The position numbers and the translations under genes are program-made. This document shows positions 18,525 to 27,993 of a stretch of 64,000 nt of DNA, piece after piece. Origin of the DNA: a virus. Lineage: Duplodnaviria > Caudoviricetes. The stretch spans positions 1 to 64,000 of IMG/VR virus record IMGVR_UViG_2889736374_000001. One strand, 5' to 3'. The number at the start of each line of letters is the position of its first letter. Position 1 is the first letter of the stretch. The notes beneath the pieces were generated by a model. The model saw only the letters and a program-made list of their open reading frames with translations. It made no database searches and was not told where the DNA came from.

Positions 18525-18534
18525 GGGGCAAACC

Positions 18535-20808
18535 TCAAAGCGCAGCCAGGAAGCAATCTTCGATGAAGGGGACCGAGACGACGTTCGACGCCGTCATGGC
18601 CGGGCGCATGCGCGCCGCTGTGGCCGGTGCCGCCAGCTCGTAGAACGACGTGTAGCGGCGCCGCTCCGGTTCGTTGGGATCGATCCAGATCTCGGTTGCG
18701 TCCGGCGTGATGACGTCCGTGCCGACCATGATGCGCGGCGTGAAGGTGTGCTCGGCCTCGTTGAACGCGTCGACCGTGAACTGCGTCACGATCGTTTCCG
18801 TCGACAGGCCGAACTCGAATTCCTCGCTTACCGCCACCATGTCGCCGCGGTGGCGGCCGAGCTTGGCGCGAAGCGAATTGTCGAGCACCACCATCGGCGC
18901 CAGGTCGACCGTTCCGATCAGCACCAGCCGCAGCTCGACCAGCGCCGGCAGGCCGACCAGCGGATGCGTGCCGATATCGGACGTCTCCTCGAGCGCCCGC
19001 CACTCAGTCTGGCCGCTCGGCCGGATTTCCCATTCCAGCATGGTGCCGCCCGGCGCCCATGCCTTCATGATGAACTCGATATCCGTCATGCCGTTCTCGA
19101 GCGTCAGCGCGTCGAAGGAGACGACCGTGCGCACGTCGCGGAACTTGGCGCCGAAGATCCTGAAGGCGAAGTCGCTCGTGCCCTCGCCCTGGGCCCACAC
19201 GCCGTCGGTGGCATAGAAGCGCGTGCCGGAGGTGAACTTGTTGCCCGTCGTGGTGTGGACGGCGTGATTGCCCGTCGTCACCGTGAAGAAGGCGTACCGC
19301 TTGCCGCTCTCCAGCATGGTGATCGGCAGCGTGAACTTGTTCCAGCCGATCACCAGCGCGTTCTGCGGCACCGTCGTGTAGGCCAGGACCTCGTCGAACT
19401 TCGGCATGCCGACCGAATTGGTCTCGCACAGGAACAGGTGCACGTCGCCCGAAGCGCCGACCGTGGCGAAGTCGAGATCGATCGAGGTCACGATCATCGG
19501 CTGGGAGACGAGGAAGGTCTGGCCGTAGATCGAGCCGTTGACGCCGACTTCCTCGGTTTCATACTCCCAATAGGTCTCGGTCCATTCCTCGCGGATCACG
19601 CGGCGTATCCAGCGCCAGGACGGACCCCGCACGCTGCCGGCCGGGCGCTCGACGAGCTGGTATTCCTCGCCCTGATGGAAGAACATCTCGCCGACGCGGA
19701 CATTGGCGAGCAGATCGGACCAGTAGCGCTGGTTCGTGCAGTAATGCACGGCCGTCCCGTAGCGGATCGACGTGCGCGAGACCTCTTTCAGCACCGCCGT
19801 GACGACGGTGTGCACCTGCTGCGAAATGTTGAGCGCGGCATCGCGCCCGACATTGGCGATGCGCAGCGCCTCGTCATAGGCCGGGATCATGCGGCGGTTG
19901 GCGCCGATCATGATGGCCGGGTTGTCCTCGTTGAGGACCGCCAGCTGCTGGTCTTTCTCGTTGGCATAGGCGAACCGCACGCCCTCGCGTACGCGCGCCA
20001 GCCAGCCCGCATGCGTCGTGTCCCACTGGGCGTAGGTCAGGGCGGGATCGAACACATAGGCCCGCTGCTCTTCGGGCAGCTGCAGCTGGATGCGGGCCGC
20101 GCCGATGTCGCGCTGCATCTGCCGGATGATCGTCGGCCGGGGAATTTCGCCGAGGCGCGACGTGATGTTCGCGATGTCGGTCTCGATCGATTCCGTGCGG
20201 CGGAACAGCGCATCGAGATTGACTTCGACGGAGCTGAGGCGGCCGTCGAGCTCGTACAGCGTCTTGACGCGCCAGCCCTCGCCAGGCTCGATCGATGCAA
20301 TGCCCGACGACGTCAGAAGCACGAAGGCGACGACCGCGTCGGTCTCGGCGATCGCCGGCCGGAGAGCCGGCGCCGGCGTGGCGTTGCCCTGCTGGACGAC
20401 GATGAAGACGCGCCGCTCGACCCGCTTCGGCGTCGAGATATTGACCGGGATGGAAGTCTCCGGATCGACCGACGTCTCGAAGTTGCGGTTCTCGTTGACC
20501 GTGATTTCCTCGCCGCGCAGGATCAGCGCCACCCAGCGCTGGTCGGACGCGACCAGGGGAATGTGGATCTGGAGATTGAGATCGACGGATTCGTCGAGCC
20601 CGAAAATCTTCTCGCGGGTGACGTAGCGACCGGCCGAAACCGTCACCTCCTGTGCCGACTTCTGCGCAACGGTGAACGCCGCCCAATGCGCGGGATAGCC
20701 GATGGCGTCGTTGACCAGGGCATCAAGTGCTGCCTGCGAGTGCGCGCCGATGGCATTGAAATCATTATGCCCGGCAATCTCGGCATCGTCGAAAAGGATA
20801 CGCTTCAT
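18535..20808 (-). CDS. Large baseplate/tail structural protein (757 aa)
   Basis: Follows baseplate J and I, phage-like codon usage. Confidence 0.7.
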   Translation of the reverse strand: MKRILFDDAEIAGHNDFNAIGAHSQAALDALVNDAIGYPAHWAAFTVAQKSAQEVTVSAGRYVTREKIFGLDESVDLNLQIHIPLVASDQRWVALILRGEEITVNENRNFETSVDPETSIPVNISTPKRVERRVFIVVQQGNATPAPALRPAIAETDAVVAFVLLTSSGIASIEPGEGWRVKTLYELDGRLSSVEVNLDALFRRTESIETDIANITSRLGEIPRPTIIRQMQRDIGAARIQLQLPEEQRAYVFDPALTYAQWDTTHAGWLARVREGVRFAYANEKDQQLAVLNEDNPAIMIGANRRMIPAYDEALRIANVGRDAALNISQQVHTVVTAVLKEVSRTSIRYGTAVHYCTNQRYWSDLLANVRVGEMFFHQGEEYQLVERPAGSVRGPSWRWIRRVIREEWTETYWEYETEEVGVNGSIYGQTFLVSQPMIVTSIDLDFATVGASGDVHLFLCETNSVGMPKFDEVLAYTTVPQNALVIGWNKFTLPITMLESGKRYAFFTVTTGNHAVHTTTGNKFTSGTRFYATDGVWAQGEGTSDFAFRIFGAKFRDVRTVVSFDALTLENGMTDIEFIMKAWAPGGTMLEWEIRPSGQTEWRALEETSDIGTHPLVGLPALVELRLVLIGTVDLAPMVVLDNSLRAKLGRHRGDMVAVSEEFEFGLSTETIVTQFTVDAFNEAEHTFTPRIMVGTDVITPDATEIWIDPNEPERRRYTSFYELAAPATAARMRPAMTASNVVSVPFIEDCFLAAL

Positions 20809-20817
20809 CTCATCCCT

Positions 20818-21453
20818 CTAGAGCCGCGGCCGGTCGATGAACTGGCCGAAGTGAATGGAACCGTCGAGCGGCAGGCGATCGCCGAAGCGAGCGCGCCGAC
20901 GCCACGCGAAATTGACGCTGGTGAGCGTTTCGGGAGCCTTCGCCACGCTGGCTGCGATCTGTGCGCGGCGCAGCGGTTCGAGGCTGATGCTCGTCATGGC
21001 CGACAGCCCAAGCACGGCCCGGCCGATCCGAAACGGATTGACGGGCTGGGCAAGCGGAACCTTGACCAGATAGTGCGCCGTCATCGGCCGGTGGTTGATC
21101 GGCCTGACACCGATCGCCGATCGACCGATGACGAAGCGCGCGGGGTGCGCGATCAGCCAGGTGATCTCGGCGTCGACATAGGCGAGGAAGCGCCTTGCGC
21201 CCTCTCTTGTCCCCTTGAGCGCCGCCAGCTGGACAGCCTCGGCGACCATCTGGCGCTTGCGCTCCTCCGGCCAGTCGTCGAACCAGAGATCGACGCTCTC
21301 ATGGGCTGCCAGGAACGGCAGGAATGCAGCCGGCGTGGTCGCCGGATCGAGGATATCGCGCAGCGGCACCGGCAGGATGTCGGTCAGCGCCTTCGCGACA
21401 GCCCTCTCGAATGCCGTCGCGTTGGACGGCAGGATCTTCGCCGCGTCGGTCAC
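20818..21453 (-). CDS. Tail protein I (P2 gpI-like)
   Basis: ILPSNATAFE...FLPFLA...SVDLW...KGT motifs. Confidence 0.9.
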   Translation of the reverse strand: MTDAAKILPSNATAFERAVAKALTDILPVPLRDILDPATTPAAFLPFLAAHESVDLWFDDWPEERKRQMVAEAVQLAALKGTREGARRFLAYVDAEITWLIAHPARFVIGRSAIGVRPINHRPMTAHYLVKVPLAQPVNPFRIGRAVLGLSAMTSISLEPLRRAQIAASVAKAPETLTSVNFAWRRRARFGDRLPLDGSIHFGQFIDRPRL

Positions 21454-22370
21454 GACGCCACCTCGACCGTGATGTCGATCAAGGTCAGCACCGGAACCGT
21501 GTAGGGGTGCGCCACGATATCGGCGACCGGCTCATGATGCTGGACGTCGATCACGCTCGGCCCGAAGGATGCGCCTGCCAGAAGATCGCGCGGCACGCCG
21601 GCGCCGATCTTCATGCGGCTGTCGGCGATCAGGCGAACCCGGTCTTCCGCTTCCTTGCGCACGATCTCGGCATCGGGCCCGACCGGCACGAGGATGGTCT
21701 GGACGACCTGGAATTCGTGGCGCGTGGCCGGCAGAACCGACACGCCGACAGCTTCCGGCTTCACGTCGGGCGCCTGAACCGCGGCCTGCACGACCGCAAG
21801 TTCGGCCTGTGTCGCCGCCACACCGTTCTCGCCGATGATGACCACGTCCGTGTCGCCGATCCGCCCATGGACGGCGCGCCCGTTGACGCGCACATCGTGC
21901 AGCTTCGGCGCCGACGTCCACGCCTCATAGAGGTATCGCGAGGCGGAACCGGCCGAAGGACGATCGAACGACAGGAGGTAACGCCGCAGCAGCTGGGCAT
22001 CGCCTTCCATGACCGCGGGCTCGTTGCCCGATGCCGGAACCAGCTCGAGGCGAAGAACGCCCTGCCGCGAGGCGATCTGATCCAGGTCCGACCCGCGTGC
22101 CATAGGCGCCAGCACGGACCGCACGGCGTCGTTGACACGCGCCCGGTCGAGCAGCCGAAGATAGGACCAGGCCTGCCCGACGATCGCGACCGGGTCGGTC
22201 TCCAGCCCGCCGACCTCATAGGGCGGCAGGTCGGGATTGTCCGCACGCGCTTCGTCCCATGCCGCCTGGAAGCGGTCGCGGAAAGCCGCGAACAGCGTCT
22301 CGAAGTCGAGGGCCTCGATCGCGGCCGGGAAAGGCAGGCGCGACAGGTCGATCGTGGTCGGCGCGCTCAT
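21450..22370 (-). CDS. Baseplate J/gp47 family protein
   Basis: IDLSRLP.P..IEALDFE, ARGSDLD motifs. Confidence 0.92.
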   Translation of the reverse strand: MSAPTTIDLSRLPFPAAIEALDFETLFAAFRDRFQAAWDEARADNPDLPPYEVGGLETDPVAIVGQAWSYLRLLDRARVNDAVRSVLAPMARGSDLDQIASRQGVLRLELVPASGNEPAVMEGDAQLLRRYLLSFDRPSAGSASRYLYEAWTSAPKLHDVRVNGRAVHGRIGDTDVVIIGENGVAATQAELAVVQAAVQAPDVKPEAVGVSVLPATRHEFQVVQTILVPVGPDAEIVRKEAEDRVRLIADSRMKIGAGVPRDLLAGASFGPSVIDVQHHEPVADIVAHPYTVPVLTLIDITVEVAS

Positions 22371-22762
22371 GCGATCACCCGGGCGCGGCCCTGGCCGAAA
22401 GCGAGACCGAAGCTCATCACGCGTTCCACCCTGTCATCCCCCAGATGGCCCCTCGGCCGGTAGTCGACTTCGATTGCGAAACTCACCTGCCCGAGCCGGA
22501 TGCCGTCCACCGAGCCGGTAGCCACGATCCGCCGCACGGCGAAGCGCGGTTCCCACAGATCGATCGCCGTGGCGATCAGCGTCTGGAAGGCCACGAAGAG
22601 CTGCGGCGTCACCAATCGGCCGAGAAGCTCGGCCATGCCGCCGCCGAACTCGCGGCGCATCACGCGCTCGCCCAGCCGCGTCGACAGGATCACCTCGACC
22701 GACTGGAAGGCCGAGGCCAGATTTGCGAGCGGCCGACCGGTGACCCGATCAACGCCCGCCAT
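22367..22762 (-). CDS. Baseplate wedge gpW/gp25 family protein
   Basis: ILSTRLGERVMRREFG...WEPR. Confidence 0.92.
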   Translation of the reverse strand: MAGVDRVTGRPLANLASAFQSVEVILSTRLGERVMRREFGGGMAELLGRLVTPQLFVAFQTLIATAIDLWEPRFAVRRIVATGSVDGIRLGQVSFAIEVDYRPRGHLGDDRVERVMSFGLAFGQGRARVIA

Positions 22763-22934
22763 GATCGTCCTTAGCCGGGCGCCGGCGCCTTGCCTTGCGG
22801 GCGGGCGCGATCCGCCCGTGATCGAGGTCGTAGCGGGCCTGTGTCGGCGTCAGGGTGACGATCCGGTTGGCCGGCACCTTGGCGCCATTGACCATCGTCA
22901 CGCCCTCGCGGACGCGATACTGGCGGGTTTCCAT
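22749..22934 (-). CDS. Small hypothetical baseplate-region protein
   Basis: RBS AGGAG; fills the gap between V and W. Confidence 0.55.
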   Translation of the reverse strand: METRQYRVREGVTMVNGAKVPANRIVTLTPTQARYDLDHGRIAPARKARRRRPAKDDHGGR

Positions 22935-22944
22935 CTGGATGCTC

Positions 22945-23439
22945 CTATTGCGGCGGTCCGCTGGTCCCGCCGCCCGGTTTGACGTCCGTATGGACGTGAT
23001 CGTCCCCGACATTCCTGTCATTGTGCCGCAGCATCGAACCGTTGATCTGCACGTCGCCGTGGATCGTCAGCACGCCATCCTTGATCGACAGCGTGACGCC
23101 GCCGAACTGCAGCACATTCTCCGCGAGGTCGGAAGACGGCGCGCCGTCCTGTCCCGAGAACCCGGCCCGAAGCAGGATGCCCTGCCGCGGGTCGCCGGTC
23201 GGGTTGATGACGCCGACGATCTGGCCCTTGGAGAGCGGCGCCCAGCTCTTGGTGGCGCCACCCGATTCCGGATGTGGATACCAGGGCGAGAGGTAGGGGC
23301 CGTCCGGCCCCTCTCCGAGCTTGAGCCGATAGCCCTTCTGCGCGTCCACTTCCTCGACCGGCCCGACCTTCAGCGAATTGCCAAAGGCCGTCTTGAGCAT
23401 CTCGACATCCGCCTTGATCTCGGCGACGACGCTAGCCAT
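22945..23439 (-). CDS. Baseplate assembly protein V (spike)
   Basis: WAPLSKGQ OB-fold segment; C-terminal HVH metal-binding tip. Confidence 0.88.
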   Translation of the reverse strand: MASVVAEIKADVEMLKTAFGNSLKVGPVEEVDAQKGYRLKLGEGPDGPYLSPWYPHPESGGATKSWAPLSKGQIVGVINPTGDPRQGILLRAGFSGQDGAPSSDLAENVLQFGGVTLSIKDGVLTIHGDVQINGSMLRHNDRNVGDDHVHTDVKPGGGTSGPPQ

Positions 23440-24247
23440 TCTCGACCTCGATCCCTGCCCTGCCCTCGATATCCAGTGTCGCCAGCGTCCCTTCGGGCGC
23501 CGGTTCGCCGTCGTCGCCCACCAGGGGCGACAGGCCGAGGGCGGCAAGTTCGTCCGCCGTCATGCCCAGGTGACGCCGCACGGCGTCCCACGGCTCGTCG
23601 GAGCCCGAGATCGCACTGGCCAGAATGGCGCCCTGGACTTGCCGCACGGGGTTCGCGTGGACGGCAAGCTTGGCGATCAGCCTGGCGAGCGGCGCTTCCG
23701 GCGGCAGGACGGTCCCCTTCGCAGGGTCCTCGATCAGCTGCGCCGTCACCCTGATCTGGCGCCCGGCGAGCTTGACGCCGATATGCCCGCTCGACGTGCG
23801 CGCATGCTCGATCTTGACGTAGCTCATGACCAGGCCCCGGTAGATTTCGGCCCACTCATTGGCGGGGTCGTTGAGCGTGTCCGCGATCTCGCGCGCCACC
23901 ATGTCGAGGTGGAATTCATAGGCCGGATCGGTCGCGGGCATGCCCTCGACGATGAAGGACTCGCCGGTGTTGTCGTTCGTCTCGGTCATCGCCGCCGAGA
24001 TACCCATCTCGAATTCGATTTCCGTCAGCCCGTTGTCGAGCATCATGCGCAGATCGTTGCTTCCCTCGTGCACGGCACCGCTGGTGTAGACCGCGATGAA
24101 CGGCTTCTCCTCGTCCGTGCGCACCGCGCCGTCCGCGCCGATGTCGAGCGCGGCAATCTGGCTGTCGAGCACATTGTCGAGGACGCGCGTCTGGCCCTTG
24201 AGCGCCTCCACGGCAGCGATCCGCAGCCCGATCCGTACCAGCGACAT
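23432..24247 (-). CDS. Putative tail terminator/completion protein
   Basis: Position and KPFIAVY motif. Confidence 0.55.
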   Translation of the reverse strand: MSLVRIGLRIAAVEALKGQTRVLDNVLDSQIAALDIGADGAVRTDEEKPFIAVYTSGAVHEGSNDLRMMLDNGLTEIEFEMGISAAMTETNDNTGESFIVEGMPATDPAYEFHLDMVAREIADTLNDPANEWAEIYRGLVMSYVKIEHARTSSGHIGVKLAGRQIRVTAQLIEDPAKGTVLPPEAPLARLIAKLAVHANPVRQVQGAILASAISGSDEPWDAVRRHLGMTADELAALGLSPLVGDDGEPAPEGTLATLDIEGRAGIEVENG

Positions 24248-24627
24248 CAGGCTTCTCCGAGACCGGCAAACAGCCTGGTGTGATTTCTGTCGTCGACGCC
24301 CAGGACTTCGAACCAGGGCTGGCCCGGAATCGACAGCACGCGAATCTTGTCGCCGCCGCGCAGCCGGACATCCGGATATCGGGCGCGGTCGATCGCCAGG
24401 ATTGCCTTTGCAGTATCGAAGCGCACGCTCCAGCGCTGCGCCATGCCACCTGTCATGTTGGTATTGGCCGAATTGCCGTAGCGAAACACCGCCTCGATAT
24501 CGACGGCAGCCCGCTCCGGATCGACCTGCCCGTCCTTCAGATACGCCAGACGAACCGGGCCGGCGAATATCCGGTCGACCTGCGCGATCATGCGATCGCG
24601 CAGGACATGAAAGCGAGCCGGGAGCAT
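24247..24627 (-). CDS. Head-tail joining/closure protein
   Basis: Size, beta-rich composition and position after capsid. Confidence 0.55.
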   Translation of the reverse strand: MLPARFHVLRDRMIAQVDRIFAGPVRLAYLKDGQVDPERAAVDIEAVFRYGNSANTNMTGGMAQRWSVRFDTAKAILAIDRARYPDVRLRGGDKIRVLSIPGQPWFEVLGVDDRNHTRLFAGLGEA

Positions 24628-24628
24628 G

Positions 24629-24844
24629 TCAGCCCCGGGCGGCTTCGAGCGCGGAGATGATCTCCGCCTTGGTCGCACGCTCGGATACCTCGACGTTGCG
24701 GCGCTTCGCCTCGTCAAGCAGTTCTGCCTTGGTGAGGCTCTCGAGCGATACATCGCCAGAAGCGGTTTCCGCGACCGGCGGATGCTGAAGCCCGACCTTC
24801 ACGTACCGGCCATTGTGAAAGCCGGGGGTCGCACGGGCGCTCAT
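24629..24844 (-). CDS. HeH/LEM-like small protein
   Basis: LTKAELLDEAKRRNVEVSERATKAEIISAL. Confidence 0.65.
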   Translation of the reverse strand: MSARATPGFHNGRYVKVGLQHPPVAETASGDVSLESLTKAELLDEAKRRNVEVSERATKAEIISALEAARG

Positions 24845-24846
24845 GG

Positions 24847-25875
24847 CTACTGCGCCCGTGCGCGAAGCAGCATCTCGGGGCGGGTGCAGATGAACAGCGG
24901 ATAGCTGTACATCTCGACGCGGTCCCATTCGTCGCGCCCCGACTTGTCCTCGAGCACCAGCCCGTAGTACTCGCGCCCCTTCTTGTTGACGTAGGGCTTG
25001 AACTCGCTGGCAGGTGCCCAGCCGACCTTGAAGGCGCCGCGCGCGCCAATGGGGAAGAACCGCGCCTTGGCCGTGTCGATCGCGATGGTGCTTCCGTCGT
25101 CGGTTCCGCGATAGTTGATGAAGGTGATGCCCTCGATCTCGATCGCGGAGAACCCCTCGATGTTCTCGAGCATCGCTGCACGCTCGGTGCCAAGCTTCGT
25201 TTCCTTGATCTGCGGATGATTGACCAGCAGATCGAAGAAGGTGTCGCCGACCAGAGCGCCGATGCGTGTGGAGGGTGACCAGACACCCTTCGCCGCCTTC
25301 TGCATCGCACGCTTGACGTCACGACACTTCTTGCGAACGTCCGTGGCGGCATCGTTGAGTGCGAAGTTGATCTCGGTCGGCTCGGCGATGCCCCACTCGT
25401 CATACCAGTCGAAGAGAACCGTCGTTCCGTCCGCATCGAGAACGCGGCCCTGGACGGCGCCGAAACGCTGATATTCCCAGGTCAGCTCCATGTCGTCGAG
25501 GATGTTGGCGGTTCGCTCCGTAACTTCCTCGGCGATCTCCTTGGTCTGTTCGTCGAACGGAAGAGAGAGAACACCGGCGAGTTCGATCGCGTAGATCGTG
25601 GAGCCCTTGGCAAGCCGGACGGCGTCGAACTTCCGGACCTTTGCTCCGCGAGGAATGAGTTCCTCGGGGGGCGCGCCGGTTTCCGAGGTCGGGATGAGCA
25701 TCAGCGTGCCCTCCCTGCTCGCGACCGCGATCGTACGCGAGCGCGAATAGATCGGTTCAAACAGACCGAGCGATCCCAGAAGCTGGGGCTTGAAGTCGAT
25801 GCGCTCCACGATTTCCTCGTGGAATTCGATCGCGCCCCAGGCGTTCTGGTTGAAGATATCGGTTACGATGGCCAT
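24847..25875 (-). CDS. Major capsid protein (lambda E family)
   Basis: 342 aa, follows decoration protein, C-terminal SYPLFICTRP. Confidence 0.9.
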   Translation of the reverse strand: MAIVTDIFNQNAWGAIEFHEEIVERIDFKPQLLGSLGLFEPIYSRSRTIAVASREGTLMLIPTSETGAPPEELIPRGAKVRKFDAVRLAKGSTIYAIELAGVLSLPFDEQTKEIAEEVTERTANILDDMELTWEYQRFGAVQGRVLDADGTTVLFDWYDEWGIAEPTEINFALNDAATDVRKKCRDVKRAMQKAAKGVWSPSTRIGALVGDTFFDLLVNHPQIKETKLGTERAAMLENIEGFSAIEIEGITFINYRGTDDGSTIAIDTAKARFFPIGARGAFKVGWAPASEFKPYVNKKGREYYGLVLEDKSGRDEWDRVEMYSYPLFICTRPEMLLRARAQ

Positions 25876-25892
25876 GGGTAGGGTCCTTCCCT

Positions 25893-26267
25893 CTAGCGAC
25901 CGACAATGCCGAAGTCGGCAAGCGCGGCCAGCGCGGCGGTCTTGTCATTGTCGGAGACGCCATCGGCCCACTGCAGGACGTCTGCATGAACCTCGGTGTC
26001 GCGGGCGGTGAGCGTGCGGCGCACGTCATCTTCGGAAGCATCGCATCCTTCATAGAGGATCGCGGCCGCGTTCTCGGAACCATCCTCCCCGTCCGGGTCG
26101 AAAGGCACATACTTGCCCGATGCGGTCACCCGGCTCAGAACAGCGCCCGCCTTGAGCACGCCCGACCCCGAAGCGATGATGCCGACCTCACGGGAGCGAT
26201 ATCCGTTCGCTTCGGAGACGATGTAGTGAGCGGTCGTGAACCGATCCTGTTCGAGAATTCTCGACAT
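25893..26267 (-). CDS. Head decoration protein (lambda D-like)
   Basis: LKAGAVL...SGKY...DGSENAAAIL. Confidence 0.88.
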   Translation of the reverse strand: MSRILEQDRFTTAHYIVSEANGYRSREVGIIASGSGVLKAGAVLSRVTASGKYVPFDPDGEDGSENAAAILYEGCDASEDDVRRTLTARDTEVHADVLQWADGVSDNDKTAALAALADFGIVGR

Positions 26268-26279
26268 GGTCGCCTCCTT

Positions 26280-26804
26280 CTAGCGGCGCTTGTTGGTGCG
26301 CTCGACTGCAGCGGAAAGTACGCTGCGGTCGGCGCCGGGTTCACGGCGAGGGCCAGGCTGCGCCAGACCAGCCGCGGCGAGACGCTTGGTCTCATAGTCG
26401 GCGGCGGGCTTCTGTCCCGCTGCCGCCGCGACATTGGCCGTGACAAAGGCGGCCACGTCCTCGCCCGACATGCCCGGCGACTTCTCCGCGAGGTCGAGCG
26501 CGGCCGACATGCGGCCAGGATCGCCCTTGACGCCTTCGGCGCCGAGCGCGGTCACAAGGCGAGAGGTCGCTTCGCGCGCACCCTCGTCCTTTCCTTCCGC
26601 GCGCGAGGCGGCAACTGCCGCATCGTGCTCGGCCTGCGAAATGCCGGCATTCTTGGCGCCGCCGGCAGGCGTATCGTCTTTCGACATCGCTCCATCCTCT
26701 TGGGTTGAGCTGGCGCCTGCGCGCCGGGTTTCGTCCTCGTCGAGGACAGTATCCGCGTCCGCGAGGGTAGCCTCGCGGATCGCGGCAAGCATGCTGCTGG
26801 CCAT
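26280..26804 (-). CDS. Putative capsid scaffold protein
   Basis: Ala-rich helical protein between protease and decoration genes. Confidence 0.6.
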   Translation of the reverse strand: MASSMLAAIREATLADADTVLDEDETRRAGASSTQEDGAMSKDDTPAGGAKNAGISQAEHDAAVAASRAEGKDEGAREATSRLVTALGAEGVKGDPGRMSAALDLAEKSPGMSGEDVAAFVTANVAAAAGQKPAADYETKRLAAAGLAQPGPRREPGADRSVLSAAVERTNKRR

Positions 26805-26806
26805 GG

Positions 26807-27730
26807 TCAGGCTCTCCGGTTGACTTCGCTGATGAAGGCCTCGAAGGCCTCCTGCCCGTCCCCGATCGCGTCCACGAGGCCGAGGCGCACGGCTTCGGCC
26901 GCATCGAACGTGTCGGCTTCCGTGTCGAGAGCGGCCTTCTTCGACATGCGCCGGCCACGGCCCGCTTCCACCACCTCGGCGAATGCGCCGCGCATGGTTT
27001 CGACTTCCGCCGCCCAGCGTGCGCGCAGCCGGTCAGGAAGCGGCTCGAAGGCATTGCCCTCGACTTTGTGCTTGCCGGCATGGATGAAGGTCACCTTGAT
27101 GCCTTCCTGCTCGAGATGACCGCTGAAATCGGCATGCATGATCACGACGCCGATGGAGCCGGCCCCGCCGAAGCGCGGCATGATGATCTGCCTTGCCTGG
27201 CTGGCCATCATGTAGCCGGCGGAATAGGCATGGTCGGTCAGTATCGAGATGGTCGGTTTGGCCCGTGACAGGTCGCGAATGTCCGCCGCCGTCTCGAAAG
27301 CGCCGTTCACCATACCGCCGAAGCTGTCGACCTCGAAGACGACGCCCTTGACGTCCGGATGGCGCTTCGCCCGCGATATCTGGGTGCGAAGCCCCTCATA
27401 TGAGGTTTCCCCGGAACTCGACCCGATCCAGGCGCCCTTGTGAACCAGCGTGCCCTCGATCGGGATGACTGCGACATTGTCGACAATCTGGAAGGGCGCC
27501 AGACCCGCGCGGTCATAGGCGCGGCCCAGCCGGTCGCCGATCACGCCCGCCGATGGCCGGCCATTCGCGAAGGCCACATGCTCGGTCCCGCCTTCGCCAT
27601 TGACGATGGTGATCGGCATGCCGGTCAGTCGGGGCCCGAGCATGCGCACCACCGTCTCGGCCTTGCCGGGATGGTAGAGATGCGGCGTGTCGAAAAGCAC
27701 GCTGCAGATGCGTTCGAATGAAGCTGCCAT
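26807..27730 (-). CDS. S49 family prohead protease (lambda C-like)
   Basis: VDSFGG, AYSAGY, GSIGVV motifs. Confidence 0.92.
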   Translation of the reverse strand: MAASFERICSVLFDTPHLYHPGKAETVVRMLGPRLTGMPITIVNGEGGTEHVAFANGRPSAGVIGDRLGRAYDRAGLAPFQIVDNVAVIPIEGTLVHKGAWIGSSSGETSYEGLRTQISRAKRHPDVKGVVFEVDSFGGMVNGAFETAADIRDLSRAKPTISILTDHAYSAGYMMASQARQIIMPRFGGAGSIGVVIMHADFSGHLEQEGIKVTFIHAGKHKVEGNAFEPLPDRLRARWAAEVETMRGAFAEVVEAGRGRRMSKKAALDTEADTFDAAEAVRLGLVDAIGDGQEAFEAFISEVNRRA

Positions 27731-27735
27731 GATCT

Positions 27736-27993
27736 CTAGCGGACGAACCGCATCCTTTTTGCGAATCGGACCCGCTTGCCGGTCTTGGCGGCGCACTGGC
27801 CCTCATATTGGCTGATCAGCTCGCGCAACCGCGCAAGGTTGCCGGCATGCCAGCGCACCTCGTCGTCGCCGAAACGCGTGGTTGCGACGCCGCTGCCGGT
27901 GACGATGGCAAGCTCCGCCTTCCGCAGGGCCTTGGCCACGGCGCAGGGGTCGTCGAAGTCGACCTGCACGCCATTGATCTCGACCGTATCCAT
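27736..27993 (-). CDS. Head-tail joining protein (lambda gpW-like)
   Basis: 85 aa, helix-hairpin-helix with basic C-terminus. Confidence 0.65.
   Translation of the reverse strand: MDTVEINGVQVDFDDPCAVAKALRKAELAIVTGSGVATTRFGDDEVRWHAGNLARLRELISQYEGQCAAKTGKRVRFAKRMRFVR

Larger units (their letters stand above)
11529..18532. mobile_element. About 7-kb accessory insertion (moron plus extra fibre module) in the tail operon
   Basis: Visibly lower GC, two genes on the opposite strand, CCTC microhomology at both edges. Confidence 0.55.

Noticed and set aside
18499-21504. 1001-aa plus-strand ORF (and similar long ORFs such as 4729-6516, 29639-31246, 34052-35533, 42651-44096, 50384-51757)
   Set aside because: Antisense shadows of well-supported genes; high GC3 suppresses stops on the opposite strand, and they show no recognisable motifs
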